The notes beneath the pieces are model-generated. The model worked only from the letters and a program-made list of their open reading frames with translations. It was not told where the DNA came from and searched no databases. Positions 52,801 through 64,000 of a stretch of DNA of 64,000 nucleotides are shown here, piece after piece. Position numbers and translations under genes: made by a program. The stretch is taken from the NCBI GenBank assembly GCA_965285935.1, contig OZ260661.1, positions 41,230,001 to 41,294,000 of the forward strand, in the 5' to 3' direction. This DNA is from Ophelia neglecta (taxonomy: Eukaryota). Each line of letters begins with the position of its first letter. Within the stretch, counting starts at the first letter, position 1.

Positions 52801-55799
52801 TTGCAGTGAAAAGAACTTGGTTGAGCTTAGAAAACGAATCACTGCAAAAGAATTTCATTTCTTTGCATGTAATAAATTTTCTTTTTAGAATTTTAATTAA
52901 CAATGCAGCTGAATACTTGTGCATTATTCGTAACTGTTGACTCGATGATCCCCCAAATAAATAAATTTCTCTTTCAAAAACCGGAATTAAGAAAGAAGTG
53001 GCTGAATAAAAAGAACAGAGATAGCTTATAATGTATTCGAAAACGTTTTAATAGAGGACACATAAAATCTTAAAGATCACCCTCTTTATAGATAAATTTT
53101 AACATAAAAACAGTATTAAGAAATACCTAAACAAACATTTATAAAAATGGGGTACATATGCGGATTTATACATGCACACAAGGTTGGACAGGCGGGGACG
53201 AAAACACCATATCACATAGAAAAACAGCAACAAAAATACGAGCTAGACGACTGGTTGCCCGCCTAGGTAGCTAGAGATCTCACCTTATCACGACGTACTC
53301 ATTTTCACCTGTCATGTCTTTGGTATGAGGCAACAGAACCGAAACAGCACAAAAGCCGAGTGCAACATGTGCAATACTTGAGATACTTTCATAGCCTATT
53401 GTTTCACATTCAATAGTTTCAAGCAAACGTTCATTCACAGTTGAACTGTTGAAAAGCTCTGCTGTTTAGCTGCTTAATTGCAGCATGCAGTAAAGTGGCT
53501 TGCTAAGAAATTAACGTGTGATTAATGAACTGATGCGCTACACTCACTTCTAACAATTAACATAAAACTTAATTATGCTTTGAAAAGTGCACCAGCTGAT
53601 AACTGAACATAGTTATTATTGACTTATCCAAGCTTATTAGCACAAAAGTACCACAGAAAAGTATGGCTATCTTGTTATATCATTTCGACGATTTCTTAAT
53701 CGACGAGAATGATTTATGTGATGCAAATTCCAATTAAAAAGATCTATCAATAAATCTCTTTGGAATGTTTTTTTCTTCTTCAAAAATAGATTCTTTCTGT
53801 TTGTAAGCATAAAGGCTTTATCGTGTATCCAACTAAATCATATAAAACACATTAGTTTATTATCTTGTATGGCCATCAACCATGTTATATTGCTGGCTTT
53901 TTGTGTTAATCAAGCTTACAATATCGTATTTGAAGATTAATTTACAGTTTATTTCTCATCTGAGTCTCAAAGCATTGTGTGGGTTGTCGTACATAATATT
54001 AATTATTACTACCGTTTTGTATATGATATCAAATTGCTGGTCGCCATATAGGCCTGCCCGTAGTCTCTTCTGCTTATAGAAATCTTACTAGTCGAGGACT
54101 TCTTTAAACGTCCTATCCGGCCTTTATGATCAAGTCTTCTCGAGGCAGTGAATGGTTATCTATTGGTCATACTTAATAGTTATTATTATTGCAAAGTCCA
54201 CTTACTCATCGAAGAACACGAACTATAATATTAAACAATATAAAGGGTCAAAGTTGACAAATATTCAATATTAAACCATCTATTATTCCAGCGGTGTTCA
54301 CATTTAGACCTGTAAAACTGAGCTGCTTTTCATTATTCTCATAAATGTTTCTAGATCTATAAAACTTTGCAGCACCAAAATGGTATATTTGTCCGGTCGA
54401 GAAACTAGCTCCTTGATTTCCGTATATTCTGGTTGTTTTGCCATCTTAGCGAAGATGTAGCCTTGTTAGTACAAGGCCTATAGTCAAATATCGATTGATG
54501 CCGGCCAAGAGTTAGTTTTCCCCGCTCTGTGTCAATTCTGCCGCTGTAGGCCTATGGGAGTATAGGTATTATATCTAGTAATTAAATATTACAACATGGA
54601 CTTGAGAAACAAACAACCGACACAGAAATTCAACTGCTCGCTAAGAAGAGGAGTGAGAAGTACTCGTTGCCGTGTTGTAAAATAAATTACATGCACACCA
54701 GCCAGCGTCGTTTTAAGGAGTGTCGCCAGGTGGTGCTAGTGCATGGGTCCGTCAAATGTCTTGCGCCTTATGATACAGCCTGAAGGTCCATATCGCATTT
54801 ACACATATAAACATCATACTAGGCCTAGACCAATCTCAATAGATTACCGCAAAACCTACTGATCGTTTATATTATGTCATATCAACAACATACTGCCAGC
54901 TGATATCAAAAAAATCTACCAGGCTCGTACATCATGTACACATATCTACAACACAATACCAGCGGATCTTAACCAAATTCATGTTATCTTGTTCAAATAG
55001 CAACGACATAAGCTTTTATTTCGGGAAGGGGAAGGAACCCCCCCCCCCCCACCCAAGCCCCAGCTTCCCGCAAGTTCTCCCTCTTCCCCCAAAAAACCCT
55101 CCTAAATTTGTTAAGACAACTCCGAATAGTGCCAGGTAATAGCACTTTTTTTGGAATTAAAGAAGTAATCTCGCTTGGCGGGAGAAAAAGAGAGCAGAAG
55201 CCAAGTGCAGCACAACCCCAGCCTAACTTCTACCCGGCAATCAAATGGGAAACCCTTTATGGGTAAGAAAAAAGTCTCCTCATGAACTATTTTAAGCGTA
55301 CTGCATCACACAAACCCGAGTAAGTCGATCAGCCGGCTGATCAAAGAGGATGTACCCACGTCAACGCTATTTCTTTCTTTATCAGTTTTGGTAAATTTGG
55401 TTTGACAATGAACCATTACTTATGCCTTGGACGGATTACCCGATTTCAGACGTTCTCTGCACATCTTCCAATGATTACATCTTATGAATTCTTGTATGTA
55501 GTCTCGACTATTGCTCGTCAATAAGGGTAAGCACGAATTAACACTTTGTCTGATAGGCCTCATGAAGAATTCATGAGAAATGTCGGAAATTGTGATAATT
55601 GGAGTTCATTTTTGGCCTAGGTGTGAACTGCACCCCTTCATGGTGTCAAAAGATTCTGGAATCGGCTCATCATCTAAATTAAACGAATGCATAATGAATC
55701 AGATGTACCCAATGGCACTTGCCATCCCCTAGGCATAGTCTAAATTTTGTTTCTGGAAAATAAATATTGAGCCATTTATTACTGTAGCTGTAACTTGGG

Positions 55800-56560
55800 C
55801 TTCCATGTATACCAAGGCGTGTCATCTTAGTACCTACAATGTGTGTGTCTTTGTTATACCTGCAAAGTTATCATTTATACTTAAAAGCCAGAGAATATTA
55901 TTTTTATTGCATACAAGGTAATTATAGGTCATAAATATTAGAGTGTCCTCTTAATGCCTACATATACGGATAATAGTACATGAAGATATATACCCGATAG
56001 TGTCATCTTAAAACGAACTTTTAGTTAGAAGAAATTCTACATAATTATATGTAGGGAATATCAGCCTACGAATAATTATTCACGTAGACCTATTACATGA
56101 ACTACCGGTAGGTGCCATTTTAAAAACCTACTTAGAGGTAACTAATCTACGTATATACTAGAAAATGTTGGTTTAAGGCCTATTAAATAATAATAAATAT
56201 AATCATATACCAGAAAGTGTCATATTAATGTCTACTAATTATAAATATAGGTATATACAGGGAGTGTCATCTTATTTTTCTACTTCGTTATTATAAATGT
56301 AATAGGGGGGGGGGGGGGGGGGGCTAGGCAAAACGTGTAGGGCTTTACCGGAGATTGTCATCTTAGTTCATGTACTGAATAATTATATGTAAACATCATA
56401 ATGCCTACAAAGTAACTAAAAGTGTACACCAAAGAGTGCATTTTAATGTCTATACAAAGTAATTATACTAGTGGATAAATAGACCTACCAGAGTTTCATC
56501 TTTTTGCCTACGTTTTAAGTACATATATACATGTTTAGGCCTATACCAGAAAGTGACCAG
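55800..56560. repeat. old degenerate ~55-65-bp tandem repeat
   Basis: About 11 recurrences of tacc(a/g)g..agtgtcatctta.tgcctac (e.g. ~55808, 55940, 55995, 56207, 56257, 56347, 56427, 56485, 56543), interrupted by a G19 run at 56305-56323. Confidence 0.65.
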
Positions 56561-58388
56561 GTACACCTCGCAAAGTAAAAATGCTGCTAGCATCAAAATA
56601 AAGATATTATATATTGGACCTTAAAACAATGAGAAGGTAAGGTTACGTTATGCCAGCCAGTCATGTTGGCATGCATTAAAGGCATTATATTGATCATAAT
56701 GTTTCCGAGCCGAAAGAAAGATGTTCCACTTAATTCTTTATCATAATGATGTTGCCATTTTTTCGTCAAAATGAAATGTAACATTGTTTTTAAATTCACT
56801 CGTCACCTCCACGAAGTTGCACCAAATTAAGGGGACGGTTATTTTACCTCTTCCAATTTTGGCCCGTCGTCAACATAGATGTAAATGTTTGCAATAAACC
56901 CAATAATAACAGCTTAATTACACCTCTACCCATCGCCGACTGAAACGTCTTGTACAGGAGGGGCTATTGAAACCATAACCTATATAGGCCTAACATGTGT
57001 TATGGGAAGGCAATAAGAACGACCCGTTTTCACTGCAAATTGACTAAAGATAGCGTACACTTTATGAATTTAAATGTACTATGTCACCGTATCAGGGTAT
57101 TGTAGAATGCAATGAAGGAGAACGAAGAGCACTAATAATACAAGCTACATATATGGCCCGCTGACAGGGCTGGAGTGAATTAATAATAATAAAAACACTA
57201 GGAAGATACGATAGATGGAAATGATAGTATTGATCACTTATCAAGCAGGTCTGGTCAAAAGATCGATGTCAGTTTATAAGTTAATTCCCCCCCCCCCCCC
57301 GGAGGCCTATTATTTTAAGACATCAAATGTTGAAAACTGATGCACGATTCTGAGTGCAGTCCAGTGCAGTCTAACCCCCGTGTGATAATATTCCCCGATG
57401 GGACGGCAAGGTTTCCAGTGAGTGGTCCATTCATAAACATACAATGAATGCGTGCATAATTCGTCTTTTAAAGGACGAAAAAGATCAACGCCAAAAAAAA
57501 TCATTTAACTTTTGGCCCTTCATTGAATAAACATTTTGTCAACGATATTTTCTTCCCAAGAAATGTTTTCAATGTCTCATTGCTTCTTTGTTAATTATTG
57601 ATTACTGGGCTTGATTTCTAATTAACTTAACACCAATCGGTTTTTCGGCGATACCCATCGTGGAAAAATCAAAACTAAAAGATGCAAATGTGAAGTTGAT
57701 AAACTGTGAAATACGTCACTTACTTAGAAATACCGAGCATATTATCTCACGGCGGGCAATTTCCCCGGAGGCAGCTAGGAACCCGACTTAATTAGTGAGC
57801 GGTAAAACGGAAAGTCGAAATAATTGATTCCTTAATGCCCGGCTTTGTCCACCCAGACCCTGGATACCGCTCTTTAGTTCAGGGATTCAATGGGGAGCAA
57901 TGTAGTTAAACTATAAATGACAGGTTCGATCGTGATTTAACTATAGACAGATCTCCCGCGGGGCGATCGCTGCTAATGGATTCCCTGGGTTAGCGGTAGA
58001 GATTGATGAGCTTCAAACGAAAATTCGGAACGAGCTGATTTCATTACTAAAGTGATTTAGATTTCGCTGATTTGCATCGATCAGCATTTAAGAGATTCAA
58101 CAGGTGGGGAGATGGGCCTTTTAATGTACTTTGCTTCTCTCTAGGCCTATAGACAAATATTCATGGATATGCATGTAATACCTGTTATTGCGGTGAAGAT
58201 GGGCACCGAACCAGTAACTGATAAAACTACCTGCAAAACAAAAAAGTTAAACAAATATGATATAAACATTAATGTCTCATGCATCTCTTGGTTTCCGGCT
58301 TCCCTTTCTTTTTTGTTCCAGACATTCGCCCTTCCCACCTATTACTACAACTACCTACTTAAAGAAAGAGCGCGGGCTTGCTCAAACG

Positions 58389-58391
<3 letters not shown>

Positions 58392-58464
<73 letters not shown>
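58392..58464. repeat. (GA)n microsatellite, ~36 units
   Basis: Perfect dinucleotide run; it explains the ER-repeat ORFs in the track. Confidence 0.97.
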
Positions 58465-58465
<1 letters not shown>

Positions 58466-61400
58466 CCTTAATGCCGATTTAAATAAACAAGTTTACATCA
58501 CCCATATGCCAAAAGTACCCTTGTTCTGTAACTACCGTCCGGTCTGAACTGAATTACGCATGGATTTTATAAAATGCTTAAAACAATGTATTAACCTCTT
58601 TTGATGATATAAATGCATATGGGAATGAATTAATTATTTTGAAAGTTACAAAGACAAGTTCAGAGTCAACTGCTATGAAATATGCCCCTGGAAAACTTAG
58701 GCATTGACAAGGCTGATGTGAGTGGTAATGGTACAGGAAGAATGTATCCTGGACAGCAACCCGTGTGGTCCACAGAGAGACAACTCTGAGACGAGAACAC
58801 AAAATGTAACTATCAGATATTCAATTTAGCCAGCACGTCACTGTCAAAAGCCAACATCCATATTGAGATTCATCGGAGCATTCTAGCGAGGTTCGTCCCT
58901 TACGAGTCTGTACGCGCTTTGTAACTCTTAGCCAACCTCTACCGCGTGTGTCACTTGAAAGGGCGAAGACGGAAGATATATAGGAGTTTACCTCTCATCT
59001 TGACCCTCGCTGTGTCTCTGTTTAATAGCTGTGTTTATGGAAGGCCAGGCCCTGTACGCAACCATAGAGTAGAAAAAACGACACACGTGGAACTGGTAGA
59101 CCACCAGAGTTGACGTTGTAAATAATCCCGCTTGTTCGGGCCAAGATAAGAAACCAGATGTGTCAAGATACTGAATTGGATCTCAACCAATTTTGCCGAG
59201 TGAAAATTGACAAACCAAAAGCGGTGTTCGGTCTTTCTCTTTGATCCTGAAAAAAGTCACAGGTTTCAAGACTGGTGCTGTTATATTGCAGACTGGTAAA
59301 CGCCGCTTCATCATCTAGATACGGTGAACGCATTGTCTTCTTCTCAATGACTCGAAGGTTAAAAGAGAGAAAAAACTGCGCATTGTTTTGCACCTTGTGA
59401 AAGTTATATACCTAGTGCGCAATAAATGGATTAAATTTGCATGTGTACTTATCAAGAAAATGGCAATAGATACAAAGTTCCTACATACATGTTTATATAA
59501 CACCTAAACGATTTAACCCTTCTGGCTACTCAACAAGACTTAGCAGACGGCAAATTAAAAGTGACAGCGTGGTATAAAAGGCAATAAAAATAGTAAAGCT
59601 AGCAAACCTAGGACACCGACTACTTTATATCGGCGTTGTCTCGGAGGCTTAACCCCTGGCGTATTATTTGATTTATTTTTGAGAAGCAAAATAATTACTA
59701 TCAGAGAGACATGTGAATAACATATCTACAACACAGGGCCTACAGTACAGTTTTCTACTCTTTGCTACGTCACAAGTTTCTCCGTTATGGGTAGGACTAC
59801 ACGAGCTTGAGCTTAATCGGCTATTCATGGCAAAAATCTACACGACAGGAATTAACTGGTTTAGGCGTTTTGAAATCATTATAAAGTATAGGCAACATTA
59901 ATTAAACAAGGTGATTCTACCCCCCCCCCCCCTCACACGCCGCGACCCCCGCCCGTCACACATGCATGTGATAATTAAAGACTACCTTCTTTAGTAATTG
60001 ATAATTATTTTCCAGTCTCTCTGCTATGAATTTGGACTTTGCCGTCGTTTTGAATACATGTCACTTGTTATTCGGCATCAACATGGAATCAGATTTCGCT
60101 GTTCTTTTTAAAAAACAAGAACTCCGAATTATATTACACACTTAAGAGGATATATGTCCATAAAACATGAATATCCTGGACCCATTGATGATCAATTATA
60201 TTAAGGATGCTATATTGATTGAACTTAACTTTGCGGTTGAAAATTGTTTGCCTTTAGGGCACGTATAATGTGTTCTACAGTTAGCTATTAGTAATGACTT
60301 AAAACACTTTTAATCGATTTTAAAGAAACAAGAAATGACCGATAAATGATTGACTGTCGTTCGGCATGGCATGTTCGCCAGGTGGCTGTCAGCTCGGGAT
60401 CACGTGCCTCCGGCATGCTGCTGCTCGGGAGCCAGGCATAATCTACAAACAACACACTCGACAATCGAATCACCATAGATGACTACTATAAAATCTAATT
60501 GCTTTAGGCAACGTCGTCCTATTACCATATTTATTCATTATCAAAAATTATCCAAACACCTAATGTTCCAAATGTCGTTTGGTGAAGAAAGCTTGGCGGC
60601 GGTGTGCCCCAGACAGTCAACTTTAGTAAGCCTCATTTAAAACACTATAGGCCCTCTCGATCGCTTTGACTTCCTGTTTGTTATTATTATTCTATAATGT
60701 TATAGGGGCCTAGTTATATCTACTGCAATGCCTTAAAGATGATATATAAGTGACATCTTATTACTGTGACCAAAGCAAGTTTAACCTGAAGCTTGATCAA
60801 CATCCGGATTTAAGGCTTTGTTTAATTATAGGTAGGCCTATATACATACAACCAACTGACTGGAAACTGAGATGAATTGACGCCGAACTGATAGATGGCG
60901 GGTATAATAATTTTGTTGGTCTGCTACAAGTGGTCTGTTCTTACTTTAAAAACCAAATATTGCTATAATCGTACATCTGTTGGAGAAGGCGCCGTAGCCG
61001 GGCAGTTGGCCAGATGGGATTGTGAAAAAAGTGCAGAGTTCTTCAGAATTCAGAGCGCTTTAATCTCAGTTTTCTTTCACCTGCTCTTAATTCTGACAGA
61101 TATCAGAAAAGATTAATTGGACGTCTGAAAGCTTTTGCCAATGGCAGTTAAACTGGGCGAAAGTGCGTGGATAATGCCGGCATTCTTGCTCGATTTCGCT
61201 TGAAATGGAGGAAGCGAGGCGGCAGTGATGAGGCATTCTTCTGCCGCGGGTTAGCGCAAGAGAGGCGTGGGGAATGGCCCAACTAGTAGCAAAATGAACA
61301 TTCGGACCTTTACAAGGCGAGAATTGAATTAAATGTAGCGTTGTGATTGAAACCGACCTACCCGAAGTTGTATTGAAAACACCGGACAACATTGTCTGTG

Positions 61401-63049
61401 CTGTCCAATTGATATGTCAAGCCATACTTGTTATTCTATGATGGATGCATCACCTAGCCTGGTAAATTTTACTTAAGTTTGTCACTCGGCCCTTTGCAGA
61501 GTCCAATGGTATTAACCACTTGCCAAGCCAACACATTTAGAAAAGATTCTCAGGCATAGAACAATACCGGGAGAGAGTTAATGTCTCTTTTGGTAGGCAA
61601 ACGGCCCGAACAACTTGTGAGGTTTTGATTATTTTTGGTTAAGGTGCACTTGAAAATGTACGGACCCTGCACAGGTATTGAATGAGTTTGAAAGTCAGAT
61701 TCAACTAAATTAACTTAATGGAGGTGAGTTGTCATCAAAACGTCTGCCTAAGAATAGCAGATAAATAACACAATTTTAATATATCTTTCTAAAGTCGATG
61801 TTTGCGACTGGAGACATTTCAATTGCTTTAAAATCATTAAATTAGTTCAAAACCCGACTACATTGCAAATAAAAAGACAAGTGATGGTACAAAATGCGCG
61901 GCTTTTATTTCGTGAATATGGGTGCCAAAGATATCCAATTTTATGGATATGCTACCCCAAAACATTTATTTTCGGAATCCATAGCAAAGAAAGCATGCAG
62001 GTAAATTACACCACATTAAGACCTAAAATGCAGCTATTGCTCTTTTCGCGTCCTTTCCAGTTTATTTCAAAAGCTAATTGAAAATTCACTGTATTCCGGT
62101 GATGTTTCTGTGAGAGACATGTGCCCACCTAAGTGCTTCTTCTACCAGTCGTTGTATTTCTTTCATGTCTGAAGATCAAAGATGGCCAAATGCTAATATA
62201 TTCCGCCCTTTGTTACATCCAAATTTACTTCTTCCTAGCCAACCATGTGAACAGTATATATTGTCTGATATCGCTTTCCCAAAGTTGGGTTCTCGTCTGG
62301 TAAGTTTATTTTATCCAGTAAATAATCTATTTTTTCAGGTGCTTGCTGTTTCACATTTCTATATTACACTACCAGTTTCATCGTCTGTGTAAATTTTCTC
62401 CAAGTGAGGACTCATGACAGAATATCAAAATATAGGTGCTAAAATAAAAGAAACAATTTTCAAGTGACGATAAGCGATGATTATTTTTAGATGCATCGTG
62501 ACCGTAGATGTATTCCATCACGAGCATGCCCTTCGAACAGAACCAAAATGTAACCAACATACTGATTAATTATAAAGGGACGCAAATAACTAGGAATGCC
62601 AAGCAATTTTTATCATAAATTTGAACAAGTCCGCCCTCTGTCATGAAATAAGACGGTGTATTAGGCATGGCGCATGTTTGAATATTTCCACTTTTCTATT
62701 TAAAGTAAGTGTTATATATGCTCAGGTATACGAATTCTGTATGTTGAAACAATACAATAGACCGTAAAAATGTGAGAAATGTACCCATTGGAGAAATTTA
62801 AAGATATGCCGGTTGACAAAATACAATGACATCTATAGGCAACTTGGAGAAACATCCGTGGAATACAATACATGTAAATGGTATATAGAACATCATCTCA
62901 TAAATTTTAACTAGCATCACTCGATATAATGGTGCATGTGTCTTATTTATCATAATTCTGTTTTCCAAACTATTTTCCACCTAGTCATCGCCGATTTAAT
63001 AGAAAAGGACAATTTAGAGTTAATTGCAGCCGTTAACGCCGCCGATCTA

Positions 63050-63430
63050 AAATAGAAGACGAATTTTATTTTATGTGAACCCTGTCCTTGATAGAATGCA
63101 AGTATTACCAAGCAACTTTAGAAGCCAAGTACATATCATTTTATAGAAATATAGTATTTTCTCCGCATGCAACTTACGTGGAGGCCATTTGATCACACTG
63201 TTACGGTAAATTTTAAAATCTGCTTGATTGTTGTATCATGTCTGTAAATAGTGACTTTTTGAGGACTTATTTGCATTAATTTTATTGTAGAGTATGATGA
63301 TTATATTGTTGCAGTGTATGGTTTTTTTTATTGCTGGGCCCCTTGGAAAAACAGCGTGGCTGAAAGGGCTACCCAGGTAAAAGATGTATATAAATGAATA
63401 AATAAATAAATAAATGAATAAATAAAATGA
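63050..63430 (+). mobile_element. 3' end of a CR1/L2-group LINE
   Basis: IEDEFYF-like remnant at ~63052 (cf. the IEDEFHF motif near CR1-group ORF2 C-termini), then a GC-rich 3' terminal stem gggccccttggaaaaacagc...gctgaaagggctacccagg and an (AATA)n/(AATG)n tail at 63390-63430. Confidence 0.5.
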
Positions 63431-64000
63431 ATGCAAGAATTTATTGCTTGTATATTATAATTCATGCTTATTGTACTGAACCTTTTTGTTTACTAAAAGC
63501 TGTAGGTATTAGCCCTATGGATAATCAGTACATTCATGCTTTTTTCTTTGTGCAATAGTGAATAGATTACTACATTATTTCACTTATGACGTGTCATAAA
63601 TTATCGACATTTTGTTTCAATGTCCATAACGACTATAAATTTGTCAATTTGGCACCATCTGGTTTGATTCTTTCAAAAAATTGACATTGCAGTAAATCAT
63701 TTATATGAATAAAAATAGTTAATAAAACTAATAATTCAAAGAAGACAATTTTACCGTACACAAATAATGTCCAAATACAGCCACACTCTCGAATCTCTTA
63801 CACCTTAGTAATTAGGCCCGTAAGTTGCATGGAAGGCACTTAAAAATTAACGCCTAGTAGCCTTAATAGTTACCCATAACGTTCAGTGTATTTAACACAT
63901 TGGAAGCCGAGAGGGCAATTTGATCAGTTTACACTCGTACACCGATTTTGAATGCTATTGCCAAATCAACTCATATATGTATCGACAATTACTTGATTTA

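Noticed and set aside
58163-58547. ER-repeat ORFs
   Set aside because: Translation of the (GA)n microsatellite.
3253-62185. TCF/LEF ATCAAAG sites suggesting Wnt input
   Set aside because: About 17 seen versus ~13 expected from composition; no clear enrichment.

Overview
Animal (invertebrate bilaterian, probably spiralian; the taxon is an inference) genomic DNA of roughly 37-39% GC. It holds one recognisable protein-coding gene: a two-exon engrailed-family homeobox gene on the minus strand. Exon 1 CDS is 49450-48706, the phase-1 intron is about 8.2 kb, and exon 2 CDS is 40547-40213, giving about 359 aa with EH1, EH2, EH3, homeodomain and EH5. The rest is a gene-poor regulatory landscape containing a Helentron-type non-autonomous element, L2/CR1 LINE remnants, MITEs, a 45-bp satellite and microsatellites. 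Four observations stand out. (1) Two ~255-bp non-coding elements 11.7 kb apart share about ten motif blocks at essentially identical spacing while the linkers have diverged, like a duplicated rigid-grammar enhancer. (2) A tandem 5' splice site 6 nt apart would insert 'RR' exactly where insect invected carries its micro-exon 'RS'. (3) GCAGACGA and TAGGCCTA are strongly over-represented across the window. (4) A loop-less 94-bp perfect palindrome sits between 8-bp target-site duplications. All motif counts were made by eye and no database searches were run.
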